Source: a virus
DNA length: 64,000 bases
Strand: one strand, 5' to 3'
IMG/VR virus record: IMGVR_UViG_3300035438_000341
Span: 1 to 64,000 of that record
In this document: positions 50,601-61,100 of the stretch, one piece after another
Layout of the letters: each line of letters begins with the position of its first letter
How positions within the stretch are numbered: position 1 is the first letter of the stretch
Position numbers and translations under genes: made by a program
The notes under the pieces: model-generated
Database searches by the model: none
What the model saw: only the letters and a program-made list of their open reading frames with translations
Told to the model about the DNA's origin: nothing

Positions 50601-53600
50601 TTTGAAGCACTTAATAAATCCATTAAAGGAGAATTAGTAAAAACAGACAAGGTAGAAGCACAAAAGTTATTTAAAGAATATGCTAAAGAAGTTCATCCAG
50701 ATAAAAATACACAATCTAGTGAACGTCAAACTATAGCAGAAGCATTTTTTAAAGCAATGTCTGTTGCTAAAGAACAAGGTAGAGTAGATATATTAAATGA
50801 GTTAAAAGATAAATTTGATTTAGAAATAGCAGAAGTAACCACTGTAGTAAAAACTCCAATAGAAGAAGAAGAAGTAGTTACTCCTGAAAAAGTAGTTCCT
50901 GCAACTACACTTCCTGAAGGATTTATCAATCTAGATGATATAGAAGATGTAGATGTTGATAGAAGTGAAATGAGAGTTGCACAAGCTATTGACAAACTAG
51001 ATCAATTTAAAGCAGAGAACTGGAAGAAATTAGAAGAAGATTACAATAAAATGCTTCCTAATGTTCCTTTATATAGAGTGAAGAACCTGATCAAAGGTAC
51101 TAATGGTAGACAGCTTTGGGGTATGTTCCATGATGCTGCTGTATATGTATATGAGAACGCAGAAGAGGGAACAGCTTACCATGAGGTGTTTGAAGCTGTA
51201 TGGAAAATGTTTGCTGGACCAGCTCAGAAACAAGCTATTATTAATGAGTTCAAATCAAGAACAGGATCTTTTACTGATAGAGAAACTAGAAAGTCTGTAG
51301 AATATAAAAACGCCACTGCTTATCAAATCAAAGAACAATTAGCTGAAGAGTTTAGAGAAGCAGTTCTTTTTGATAAGTTAGGTAAACCATTAGAATCAAA
51401 AAGTTTAATAAGCAGATTGTTCTCTCAATTGATTGACGCTATTAAAGCTTTCTTTGTAGGACCTAGAGCTCAAATTAATACAAGAGAATTATTCAATAGA
51501 ATTGGTAATGGATACTATGCTCAATTCAATCCATATGAAACACAACTATCATATGCTAAGAAGGGTGTGATAGATATTGAAAATGCTCAAGCTAATCAAA
51601 CTTCAGAAGGAAGATCAACAACAATCCCTGAGATTGAAATGCATGACATTATTCAGCATATGACATTCTTGACATTGACTAAACTTTCATTAAACAATGA
51701 GAGTGTATTTACTGTTAATGATCAAAAAGAATCAGAATTATACCCAGCTCTTAAACTTGGTATATTAAAACTTCTTGCAGGACAAAAGAAATTAAATGAT
51801 ATATTAGTTACTGAAGGTAAGTCAACTTTAGAGAAAGTGACTAGAATGAATAACAATCTTGATACACTATCATATAACATTCAAATGGAATGGGCTGAAA
51901 TTACTGCCAATCATAAAGCACATTTGAAAACGTTTGATGTTCAGTTTGATGAGAATGATGAAGGTATATTAAACAGTGAAGAAAATACTGGTAGAGGAGA
52001 ATTAGAAGCATCTAATAAAATTGATTCATATAGAAAAGCTAATGCTGCTTTGAAACTTGTATTGAGCACTATTCCTGTTACAGAAATGACAGGTGGTAAA
52101 ATAGATTGGCTTCCTTCTTCTATAGGAGGAGTTACACTTATTCCTGCAGATCAGATACACATTGATTTAAAAAGTAAGTTACATAGTTCTATGGATATAG
52201 AAGATATGTTACTAGGTCTTAAAACAATGGCAGAGAATAATCCTAATTACAATGCTTTATTTAGACGCTTAACTGGTAACTCTGCTAATCAAGGATTAGA
52301 TATAACTACTATTCAAGAACATGACTTCCAATTAGCAGCAGCATTATGGAAATCTATCAGTATGCAAAATCCTGATGTTATCACTGTGTTCCTTCAAGAA
52401 GATGGTGATGTAGTTGTAAGTAACTCTACACTTAGTAGTGCAGCTAAGCAAGCTAAAAAAGGGATGATTAATGATATAATATCTACATTAAAAGCAGATC
52501 AATCTAAGTATTTTAGATATGTACCAGCTACAGGTAGATACTATGCTAAAGATAATTTGAAAGCTTTAGAATTTGATGGTAGCGGTCTAAAGCAATATGT
52601 TGATTTTCTTAATTCAATTGGAATAGAATTTAATGAAAGAGACCTAGTAGATTTAAAAGCAGATCAACTTTCTGTATTTAAAAAATCAGTTGGATATATT
52701 AGAGAAGAACTTGCTAAGGTGGGAGATACAAAAATAGTAAAAGATGCAAATAATAATGATGTAGAAGAAGATGGTGGTATACGAAGTATCAGTACTAAAA
52801 CATTAAATATTGATGGTAACTTATTTGAGTTAGCTATTGTAAAAGCTGTTATTGAAAATACAGAGTTTCAGTCTACATATTTTAACATTAATGGAGAGCG
52901 TACACAATCATTCATTGGTACCAATCTTATTAGTGCTTTACACAACACACTATCTAAACTAAAAAATATAGAGGATCTACAAAACGATCCTAGACATAAA
53001 AGATTTGCTTACTTAGCAGCAGGCAATGATGTATTTGTACAAGGAAGTCAAATGTTGAAAAAGATGTTTGATATAGTTGGAACAGATAGTACAGGAAAAC
53101 GTAGAGCTGGTACAGAAGATATTGGAAAACCTGTTATTGTAGATGGTATAGTAGATGAAGAAACTGGTAAGAAAAAAGAAGCTTCTAAAGTTTCATACAG
53201 ACAAAGACTTATACAGGAGTTAAATCTTAACCTATCTGGTATATTCATGAACCTTGTTCCTGGAGATGCTTCATTGGAACATGCTATTAGAATGTACAAT
53301 GCAAAAGATCCGTTTGTTTCAGAAGATCAATTACTCAACAAAGGCTACTTAGATATATTCAAAGACTATTTCATGTCTGAAGTGGAACTAGTTAAAGAAA
53401 ATAGAAATACAGCAAAAGATAATGGAAAAGATCTTCGTTTCTTTAAAGCTATTCTAGGAGATGAGGCACATAAAAAAATTGCTTCTAGAATTAAAAAAGA
53501 CACTGATGCTGAACAATTATATCAAGATAATAAAGAAGCTATAAATTCTGCAGTGGAGGCATTCATTAAACAAGAAACAGAAGATACAGAAGACTTATTA

Positions 53601-56600
53601 AGATCATATGATATTGTAACAACAGAAGATGGACAAGTTAGTGTAGATAAGGTGAGCTTATTTAAAAAAGGAGAAGCAGTTACACAAGCTGGTTTAAATA
53701 CAAAATTAAAAGCATTAAGTATTAACTACATGATAGCTAATATTGAAATGCACAAAATTTTGTATTCAGATCCTTACCAATATAATGATGAGCTTAAACG
53801 TATCAAAAACTTTACATCTCCTGGACAACCATTAGTTCCTAGTTCTCAAAAGATAGATGCTAGACTTAATGAAATTTATAACAAAGGATTTGAACCTGAT
53901 GATATTGGTTATATAGATATGACTCAAGATCATTTTAAATCTGTAACACTTGCGGATGTATTAAGTACTAATAAGAATTTAGGATATGATGTTCCTTATG
54001 AGGAAACAGATGGTGGAGGATTAATTACACTTAAAGCAACTAAAGTATTTAAACTTAGAGCTGGTACATGGACTTCTAATAATGAAAAACAATATAGATT
54101 TGATATAGCGTTTGAAGAATTATTTAAATCAGGTGCTAGTGAAGAAACACTTAAGAAATTCTTAAAAGGTAATCCAGGTATTAAAGATACATACACACCT
54201 GTTAAACCTATTGTTAGAGGTAATAAAGACAATGGTAGAACTTATAATGATATTGTTCTTCACAAATTTGCACTTGCTCCTATATCATTTAGAATTCTTT
54301 ATGAAATGAATCCTGATTCTAATGCAATCAAATTGTATAACAAGATGCAAGCAGAGAATATAGATTATGCTGTGTTTGCTTCTGGTAGTAAAGTGGGAAC
54401 AGAAAAGATATCTCCTTTATATAATGCAAAAGGTGAGTTTGACAATACACCATTTCAAGATGCCAAAGAGAAAAAAGGTAATTTAGCTGACAATGTTAAG
54501 AGAGCAGTAACTAATATACCATTCACTATTGTAGCTGTACAATCAGAAGTTCCTTCTAAAGATGTTCCATCTGTTACACAGGGATCTCAGATTACTAAAC
54601 TTGCTACAATGGATTATTTAGAATCTGGTGTACCTGTAGATTTTATGGCTGGTAAAGAATTTGAAGATAGATTTCTTGCATGGTTAGATCTTGATGATAA
54701 ATCAAGTTATAACAATGGTACAAACATCTATAATGAAATTGTAAACAATCAAAAACTTTTAGAAGCTAGAATCGAAGATGCTGTAGAGTCTTTATACAAA
54801 AAACTTGGTATCAAAGAAACTGTAAATGAAGAAGGAAATAGAGAGTGGAGAATAGAAGACAGAGATAAATTAGTTAAAACTCTAACTGAAGAGATTGGTA
54901 AAAGAGAAATCAATTACAACATTACAGATGCATTTGAAGGATTTGTCAAAGGAGATGTTATATTAGAAGCTACTCCTATATACCAACAAGTTAGAAACAT
55001 TCTTTATTCTATAGCTGATAAAACTATTGTACGTCCTAAAATATCAGGAGGTATGAAGGTGCAAGTTTCTTCTGCATTATTAGAATCTGTAAGAGCAGAA
55101 GGAAAACCTGTATTAGATGATAAAGGTAAGCCAACATTTAATAAAGATGGTAGCCCTAAACTTTCATATGAATCTACTGAGTTAGAGTTCTATAAGAATG
55201 AAGATGGTAAGAGAGTGTGTGAGATAATGATTGGTAGATGGTTTAAATCTAATAAATCAGATGCTGACCTAATGAATTACTTCAATAACACAGATGAAGG
55301 TAAGAAAGAACTTGCAGCTATTACAGGTGTAGCATTTCGTATTCCTACACAGAAACAAAACTCTATTGATGTATTCAAGATAAAACAATTTCTTCCTAAA
55401 GACTTTGGTGATTCAGTGATTATTCCTTCAGCTCTTGTTAAGAAAGCAGGATCGGATTTTGATATTGATAAATTGTCAATCTATCTAAAAAACTTATTTA
55501 CAGAAAATTCTGGAAAACTAAAAAGAATTCCTTTTTATGGCACAGGAGAAAATGCTAAAAAAGAATTTGGAAAATTGTATGATGTTGGATACTTTGATAA
55601 CTACATCTCACAGATGAAAGATTCACTATCTTTAGAAAGTGCTGAAGATAGATTAATGGAAAGTATGTTCCCTGAAGAATATTCTTTACAAAGAGAAAAT
55701 GTTATAGATACTTTATATAAAAAATCTTTAGAGAATGCATATATACAATCTTTAGAAAACCTTATATCTCATCCATTAAACTATGACAACTTAGTTAAAC
55801 CTAATGACGCTAAACCCTTAAGTGATCTATCAGACGCTATTCAAAAAGAAATGGGTTATGGTAAAGCAGATTTTGGTAATGTAGGTAATATGTTGAGTAG
55901 AAGATTTATGTCTAATCTAAGACAATCTTTTGTTGGTGGTAAACAAGCATTAGGTATTGCTGCTCAAGGACAAGTAGGACATGCTCAAAGACAACGTAGT
56001 GTTACATATATAGATGTAGATAGACTAGAAGGAGATTTGGTTGATGAACAAGATAAAATTATTCTTGGAACTAAATCAGATTCTACTATATTTGCTACAG
56101 ATACAAACATTAACTTTCAAGAGTACAACTCTGCAGTGATTAATGGTGTAAAAAGACCAATGCTTTCATGGATTAAAAATAAAGCAGGAGAATACATTTC
56201 AGATATTAATGGGATGTTTATTGATGGATATGTGGATATCTCTAAAGGTGACTGGATTATAAAACTTGGAGCAACTACTAATACAGCTTCTACATGGTTG
56301 TTTTTAATTGATCTTGGTGTGCCTATTGACACTGTAGGATATTTCATGAATCAACCTATCATTAGAGATTATTTACGTTCTATTGAGAACAAAGGATATT
56401 CTTGGTTATACATAGAGGATATGATAGAAGATAAACTTGCAGAATATAGTCCTAGTAAAGAGTTTATTAAATCAGGAACATCTGTAAAAGGAATTCCTGC
56501 AGAAGCAGATTTATTTAAAATGCTTAAATATAATAATGCAGCTCCTAAATCAGACATGACAGATATTCAAAAACTTCAACAACAATATATGTTGAAAGAG

Positions 56601-58115
56601 TTCTTGAAATATGCTAAGATGGCTTCACATATGTTTAATGTATCACAAGCTTCAAACTATGATACAGCTAACATCAATGATCCATATTTAGTATTTAAGA
56701 AAATGATTCAATTAGATAAAGCTAAAAAAACTATCATCTCTTCTGTAGATGATATTATTTCAGGATCATTCATAAAAGAATTAAAAAATAAAATATTTGA
56801 CTATAGAGATGCATTCTCTGAAATATTAATGTCAGATAAAGGAAACGTTAGACAAGTGCTACAAAATGTTTTAGAACCTTATACAGATATGTCTGATAGA
56901 GATTTTGTTAAGCTTTCACAAAAAGCTGTAAATGATCTATTTGATTGGGCTGTACAAACTACATTCAAAGAGGGTGTACCTGTAAACACAAAGGTGGCTA
57001 GAATATTATTAGGAACAGAGACAGAAAAATCTGCAGCTGAACAAATTATTGATTATAGAGATTCAATATTAGGTAATCCTGTAAAAGGAATAGCTCCTAA
57101 GCCAGATCATAAGTTATTCAATAACATCATTCTTAATTCACTATCTATAGATCAAAACGATAAAAATGGTGGTAGAAAAGGTGCTCCTATCAATCTTATA
57201 TTAGATAACAGAGAAAACAAAGTGTCTGATCAAAACTTAACTATATATGGATTCAATGAGTTAAGAGAAACACTGAAAGAAGAAAACAATTTGAAACTAT
57301 ATGGTAAGTTAACAAGACTTGCTTTATTACAATCAGGGTTAACTAATTCTCCTATATCATTCACTAACCTTCTTCCTTATAATGATTTCAAAGGATTGTA
57401 CAATGAAACCTTGTCTATATTAGAAAAACTTCCTAACTTAGCACAGTTTCAAGAATTAAATATTTTTGAAAGAAACAATTGGAACAATAGTGATGTAGTT
57501 ACATACAAAAGAGCTACATTATATTTTGGAGAAGATAAAGATGGTACTAAGTATGTATCTAATCTAGATAGAGATACATTAGTTAAACCATTGAAAAAAG
57601 CAACAAACAATGGTATTATTCCTAAGTTAGTTGGGATTAGTCCTATGTCAGAAGCTGGTAGATCAGATTTCATTGTTTATTCTTACGAGGATGTTATTTC
57701 TTCAGAACAAAGAATTCTTAGAAGAAAAACTGGTAACACACAACATCAACATAAAATGTTAATGCAGAAGGTGTACACAACAGATGCTAATAACAAAAGA
57801 GTTCCTCTTCTTCACATTACGGAAAAGAATGGAAAGGTTTACACTAAGTATGTATACAAAGCAATCAATGCTTGGGGAGATTCATTCAGAGCACAAGAGT
57901 TCTACACAACAAATCAACAATCAGTTCTTGATAATGGATTTGATAAAGTGAACGAAGTGAAAGATGATGTCATTGTAGATATATATAAAGGTGGTGCTAC
58001 TACTACTGCTGTAGAAACTGTAAGTGAAAAACCTGAAAGTGTTACACAAGAAGAATGGGATGCTTCAACTCCTAAAGAAAAGGCAGAAATAATAAGACAA
58101 CAAAAAGAATGTTAA
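44688..58115 (+). CDS. Giant virion-associated RNA polymerase (crAss-like, two-barrel)
   Basis: Catalytic GSDFDIDK (DFDID at 55455-55469) preceded by FRIPTQ and ETDGGG; N-terminal hydrophobic helices and long coiled coils. Confidence 0.9.
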   Translation: MAENNLESIDKAQNGAAAVNPVPTQLNVETPMLDRLDLENQFGGYTAPGIPEPLPTYASPDNVYPDAVPLTSNLGGGGDDGSLESLYSSLRTPTSTKPGGSIMRTLSEVSSNRYDNFVPGDYNNEDAYAQNQSWTSKMINGVGKGLLLTGTTFLQGTVGMVNGLVQWGKDGRFASFYDNDFNRNLDEVIRKAEDVAPNFYTDVEKNASWYSPDYFLTGNFLWDGVVKNMGFAAGAYLTGGVYSAGLKGLAALPGASRLLSMGKVAEAVAKSEEMLLKLDKGTEAYGKIKALSDSYLRTYNILDKGHRAVVAGLSTSGEAGFEAFQNLNTFRNQKIQEFKDKNNGLEPKGADLDNINRSADSVGNASFLGNVALLSATNYIQFPKILGSSYKAEKGIINNVTRGIGDITTDAAGKFVAKTPKNKVLNTINKIRPYTFSASEGFEEGAQFSIGVGVNDYYNKKYNNEPTSWLDALSTGITEGFLSDEGAKNVLIGGLSGAIMMGKSKFQEGRETSKNTAEAITQFNNYQLSDFTKETKDSVNRGTVLQEEREQLLKEGNITESKDKETDYIINYLTPRIKFGRFDLVKAEIDDYRTLASTNDGFNELVKEEKALPTDTREAFLDRLNKFEQTANNVKSLYQTLNLRYSGLANADGTPMYPTSVIDKMLYATTKISDYEQRIPELTSQLIGSVDNIDEILQDVSEGKLDTFNTAVANLQASKLINKEELIEALDDAAFMTAKRDVLLKQYDGLKNNPEKYVAVEPTITDSEGNVLDENGNIVPKETVIVKVKDGKTGQVVDKKIEIGTEYVLGKIVKYDKDGNEVIQAPTLSILADNGDGTFKIKDKNGIRNVSAETLEGYQLSKLSDITKDKKKNYAYINRNNTFSNKLIKDANGNPVIGRLEYSANKDRLTFVYKNEKGQVIRSEVWNNMFKAQGTYKEAIITQVGEVTAEAAQATEEFVNAVTTISQKLQTRNNIILDLYDKSVKRLDEITKKLNTSKERTAKALEALEDQLAKESLTKKGTPRKNQTPAMKKIINELSSIQATLNKENEQLLSEKEELESNIPFFKDFLDNLESLPESGREMIKLLKDDINTLEDLIDITNQAIKDNSSLLKQIEDAFLKAVSIFNDYIKRLQQENPGVPLFIDDLQANLERALGDEGAQYYINNKQGITTQVLELESDINDFSAELKIPALNKKAEELVKDIADLKEGLDKLINEQIAKREILNAFEQFAEDVKKQEEEAAQMQRNVTLGQELLGTLTGSVQNFFGTKPYEQEAKKDKLTVVGATKPFTGDTVERPLPGYAARVNHFGTRVSDMDNVDDLRGVIVTANTEDQILSGLTEAFLSEDITDAKRKEEVRKEVIFLVVTENGQLVDKDGKLIPGKSADETQEAYNKRLYDNAIFQVFPSASLAYTKGDVETGSMFRDTVPEYERESLKEQYKAWRDGQLSNTTLDKKGQKFKTSFGNLEFVKYKNADGTTSVDTSARTSAQDAGLLAKGILNRDAVITVATTNDDKSEGSVSFKSPKGRVFLRIPGQGLVRLYNKKFNKTESETIFDAMLNLAKNASANGSLFGNEKEEVNKNILNWLKSVVYWGIAKDKEGNRKPAGYNNIWFEDVMEDGKQVKKLFMSGLQKESQRYFDFTPQGLINSKQDILGLLGQMYANTDAKKVNIDTYNAPYDEILSFDNLGLPVTRTWPNYQTYLLSANIVDKDGNVIGKRTGKEIPLTTQVRPLTSAEDTNRKGVYFTLNSSVEYTVPAAPIVKPAVVVTPAPVAATPTAQAPVAPTASPVVPQQQPTPPGQYNLNGEAENSRMFGNGVGEIRFTFNSAKAIEYIKSLSIDIFSIQGLLPAEISTAFFKNDIMNINSDDVKMKIGQIKENLRDTNPDATDEELTGKALNIAVSMIWKDVAPQVVGEMTPVQPAIADEAPTSLVTRINDTITKIFEYESLFDFSTDQPGKVVKGEFIPDNLGSQIFEALNKSIKGELVKTDKVEAQKLFKEYAKEVHPDKNTQSSERQTIAEAFFKAMSVAKEQGRVDILNELKDKFDLEIAEVTTVVKTPIEEEEVVTPEKVVPATTLPEGFINLDDIEDVDVDRSEMRVAQAIDKLDQFKAENWKKLEEDYNKMLPNVPLYRVKNLIKGTNGRQLWGMFHDAAVYVYENAEEGTAYHEVFEAVWKMFAGPAQKQAIINEFKSRTGSFTDRETRKSVEYKNATAYQIKEQLAEEFREAVLFDKLGKPLESKSLISRLFSQLIDAIKAFFVGPRAQINTRELFNRIGNGYYAQFNPYETQLSYAKKGVIDIENAQANQTSEGRSTTIPEIEMHDIIQHMTFLTLTKLSLNNESVFTVNDQKESELYPALKLGILKLLAGQKKLNDILVTEGKSTLEKVTRMNNNLDTLSYNIQMEWAEITANHKAHLKTFDVQFDENDEGILNSEENTGRGELEASNKIDSYRKANAALKLVLSTIPVTEMTGGKIDWLPSSIGGVTLIPADQIHIDLKSKLHSSMDIEDMLLGLKTMAENNPNYNALFRRLTGNSANQGLDITTIQEHDFQLAAALWKSISMQNPDVITVFLQEDGDVVVSNSTLSSAAKQAKKGMINDIISTLKADQSKYFRYVPATGRYYAKDNLKALEFDGSGLKQYVDFLNSIGIEFNERDLVDLKADQLSVFKKSVGYIREELAKVGDTKIVKDANNNDVEEDGGIRSISTKTLNIDGNLFELAIVKAVIENTEFQSTYFNINGERTQSFIGTNLISALHNTLSKLKNIEDLQNDPRHKRFAYLAAGNDVFVQGSQMLKKMFDIVGTDSTGKRRAGTEDIGKPVIVDGIVDEETGKKKEASKVSYRQRLIQELNLNLSGIFMNLVPGDASLEHAIRMYNAKDPFVSEDQLLNKGYLDIFKDYFMSEVELVKENRNTAKDNGKDLRFFKAILGDEAHKKIASRIKKDTDAEQLYQDNKEAINSAVEAFIKQETEDTEDLLRSYDIVTTEDGQVSVDKVSLFKKGEAVTQAGLNTKLKALSINYMIANIEMHKILYSDPYQYNDELKRIKNFTSPGQPLVPSSQKIDARLNEIYNKGFEPDDIGYIDMTQDHFKSVTLADVLSTNKNLGYDVPYEETDGGGLITLKATKVFKLRAGTWTSNNEKQYRFDIAFEELFKSGASEETLKKFLKGNPGIKDTYTPVKPIVRGNKDNGRTYNDIVLHKFALAPISFRILYEMNPDSNAIKLYNKMQAENIDYAVFASGSKVGTEKISPLYNAKGEFDNTPFQDAKEKKGNLADNVKRAVTNIPFTIVAVQSEVPSKDVPSVTQGSQITKLATMDYLESGVPVDFMAGKEFEDRFLAWLDLDDKSSYNNGTNIYNEIVNNQKLLEARIEDAVESLYKKLGIKETVNEEGNREWRIEDRDKLVKTLTEEIGKREINYNITDAFEGFVKGDVILEATPIYQQVRNILYSIADKTIVRPKISGGMKVQVSSALLESVRAEGKPVLDDKGKPTFNKDGSPKLSYESTELEFYKNEDGKRVCEIMIGRWFKSNKSDADLMNYFNNTDEGKKELAAITGVAFRIPTQKQNSIDVFKIKQFLPKDFGDSVIIPSALVKKAGSDFDIDKLSIYLKNLFTENSGKLKRIPFYGTGENAKKEFGKLYDVGYFDNYISQMKDSLSLESAEDRLMESMFPEEYSLQRENVIDTLYKKSLENAYIQSLENLISHPLNYDNLVKPNDAKPLSDLSDAIQKEMGYGKADFGNVGNMLSRRFMSNLRQSFVGGKQALGIAAQGQVGHAQRQRSVTYIDVDRLEGDLVDEQDKIILGTKSDSTIFATDTNINFQEYNSAVINGVKRPMLSWIKNKAGEYISDINGMFIDGYVDISKGDWIIKLGATTNTASTWLFLIDLGVPIDTVGYFMNQPIIRDYLRSIENKGYSWLYIEDMIEDKLAEYSPSKEFIKSGTSVKGIPAEADLFKMLKYNNAAPKSDMTDIQKLQQQYMLKEFLKYAKMASHMFNVSQASNYDTANINDPYLVFKKMIQLDKAKKTIISSVDDIISGSFIKELKNKIFDYRDAFSEILMSDKGNVRQVLQNVLEPYTDMSDRDFVKLSQKAVNDLFDWAVQTTFKEGVPVNTKVARILLGTETEKSAAEQIIDYRDSILGNPVKGIAPKPDHKLFNNIILNSLSIDQNDKNGGRKGAPINLILDNRENKVSDQNLTIYGFNELRETLKEENNLKLYGKLTRLALLQSGLTNSPISFTNLLPYNDFKGLYNETLSILEKLPNLAQFQELNIFERNNWNNSDVVTYKRATLYFGEDKDGTKYVSNLDRDTLVKPLKKATNNGIIPKLVGISPMSEAGRSDFIVYSYEDVISSEQRILRRKTGNTQHQHKMLMQKVYTTDANNKRVPLLHITEKNGKVYTKYVYKAINAWGDSFRAQEFYTTNQQSVLDNGFDKVNEVKDDVIVDIYKGGATTTAVETVSEKPESVTQEEWDASTPKEKAEIIRQQKEC

Positions 58116-58116
58116 T

Positions 58117-61100
58117 ATGGCAAGTTGCATAAATAAAAATACTGAAGAATTCAAAGCGTTAGCTGAACAATCTAAGATCAATCCAATAATTCTTGCTGCA
58201 AAGATTTCTTTGTGGCAGGAAGAAAATGGTTTAGACAACTTTCCTGTTGTATCAGATGTAATGTTACAAACAGAAGATATGCCTTCATCTAAAGCTTCAG
58301 AAGAAACTGTAGCTGTGATGAGGAAAGCTGCTGAACAAATGGGTATTGATATTCAAGACTTGCTTGATTATGCTAAAGCTAATCCTAATGTTGATGTTAA
58401 AAATGTAAATGGACTTGCTGATCTTATGAAAGGAGCAGTAGCTGTTGCACAAGGTAAAGAAGATGTAGCATTAATTGAGGAGATAGTTCACATCACAACA
58501 GCTATATTAGAACAAACTGATCCAAAACTTATAACAGAACTTATTAGTAAGATAGATAGATTTAAAATCTATAAGCAAGTATTAGAGGTTTATAGTAAAA
58601 AGAAAGAATATCAGCTTGCTAATGGAAAACCTGACATTAGAAAGATTAAAAAAGAAGCTGTGGATAAACTTATATCTGAGGTGGTAGTTTATCAATCTGA
58701 GGGATCTACAGAGTATCCAGAGCTAATAGAAGAGGAAACTAGAAATTGGGTTCAAGGATTATGGAATATGATTCTTGATAAGCTTAGGGGAATATATAAA
58801 AAATCTAACATTGATATATTCCAAGAAGTGGGTGGTATAGTGAGAGCTGGTGAAGCAGGAACTGTAGCAGATATTAAAACTGGTGGTATATATCTCCAAA
58901 TAGATAGTAGTGTTAAAGCTAAGATAGATAACTTCTACAATAAAGTGAAAGACTATGCTAAAGAAATGGTGTATAATCCAGAAATAAAAGATGCTTCAGG
59001 AAATGTAACTCAAAAAAGAGGGTATACATTTAAAGGGGAAACAGTAGCTACAACTATTACAGAGAAAATAAAAAAGAATAAAAAGTTTCCAGAAAGAACA
59101 CCTGAACAACAAGCTAGTGATGATGCTAAAAAAGATTGGGGAAGTGAAGGACACAGATTCCTAGAAAAATATTTTGTTACAAATCTTATTGATCAAGATG
59201 GATATAGAAAACCTGTATTTGGAAACAGTCGTATAGATTCTACATTAAGTTTAGATTTACAAATAAAGTTAAAAGGTTTTGCAGAAGAACTTATTGCAAG
59301 TTATCCTGTAGGTACAAGATTTCTTATAGAAGAAATGGTTGTTAATACAAAAGAGAAAGGAATGATTGGCTCTAGAGTGGATTTTAAAGCTGTATATCCT
59401 TTTGAAAAGAAGGATGGAACTTTTGATATGAAGATTGATACTCTTGACTGGAAATTTACTACAGTGGATAAAACTAAGTATGAAGATATATCAAGAGATA
59501 AAATAAAAGACTGGGTTCCTCAAATGGGACAGTTTGTTGCTATTGATTATACATATGGAGCTAACCAAACTCAAATAGGTAAATCTCGTATGATTCCTTT
59601 TATAATGAATTATAATTACAGAATAGCAGGAGATAAGAAATCTGGATTAGTTCCAGAATCTATGGAGATAGGTAAACTTGATTCACTTAAAGAAACTAAT
59701 CTTTATTTACTTCCTGTTCCTATCACTACAGAAACTACAGGTAATGAAGCAGTAGATAAATTAATTGTATCATTACAGGCTCAGTGGGATAAATTATATA
59801 GTAAACCTGTAACGTTTGAAGGAAAAGATAAAAGGATTGCTGATTTAGCAGAGCTTAGTAAGGCTATTCGTTTCTTACATTTAAAGCTTGATTTTGAACC
59901 ATTGGTTAATGTTGGTAAAACATTCTTAAATAATGCTGCAGATACGTTAAAAGAGTTCAAGGCTATAAAGTTTGCAGAATTAGATGATGTTGAACTAAGT
60001 AAAAAACTACAAGATCTAATTTCTTATAAAGAAGGAGCACAAAAATATGCAGGTTTAGGAGAAACATTCCTTTCGTACTATCCAAGAAAGAGTTTAAATG
60101 CAGAAAGTCAAAAAATATTAGATGATTTAACTAATATTTCTAGATCTACAGATGCTATGTTGAAGGTGATAGATGATTTACAAAAACAATTTGTTGTAGA
60201 ATTAGCTGTAAGAGAAAAGTTTACAACAGAAGAAACACAATTATCTGTATTAGATGCAGAAGCTAGCATTGTAGGAATGTCAAAAGCTTTCTTAGAATCT
60301 AGTAAACTTTCTTCTATGATAATAAATCTGACTACCAATTTAATAATGGTAGCTAAAAAAGTTGTAGATGGTAAAGTTAGAAAACAAATCAAACAGTTTG
60401 GAGAGTTACTTATTCCTTTAGAGAAAGAAGCAAAAGCAAGAGGAATAAAAGCTTTTGATATGATTGCTACAAAGTCTAAAGATGGAATGTCACTTATCAA
60501 AAAAATTAATCCTGAGTTTTGGGTGAAGGTTAATAAAGCTAAAGAAGATAATAACAAACAATTCTTCTTAGATAATGTAAACTTAGATGAATATAAAGCT
60601 CTTGCTAAAACAGCTATAGAACAAAGAACTATAGATGCTAGCAAAAGACAATACGCATCTGATCCAGAAACTAATGAGAGATACAAACAATATGCTATTG
60701 ATGCTATTAATAATGCATTAGATATAACTAGAGATTCATTTAATGGATACAATGATAAAACATTTGGATATTTATTTAGCAAATCCTTTAAGCAAGATAA
60801 AAACTATTCTAAGGAATATGTAGAAATGTCTAAGAGTAAAGCAGCGTTAGATGTTTGGAATGTCTTCACTAAGCTAAATGAAAGAGCTGAAGCAATGGGT
60901 TATCTTGGAGAATATAAAGATTCATTCTTTCCATTAATGGAAGCTACAATATTAGAGAAGTTCTATCAGACTAGTAATGTAGCAGGACAAACAAAAGATT
61001 TCTTTCAAGATTTTTATAAGATAAAAGTAAATGAGGAGCAACAATTTTCTAAAAATGATCCAGAAACTGGTAAGGTTAAATTAGTTATTCCTAAACTTTT

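Noticed and set aside
60108-60782. 224-aa minus-strand ORF and many other antisense ORFs
   Set aside because: Antisense shadows of long plus-strand genes with Leu/Ser/Phe-rich, non-protein-like composition.
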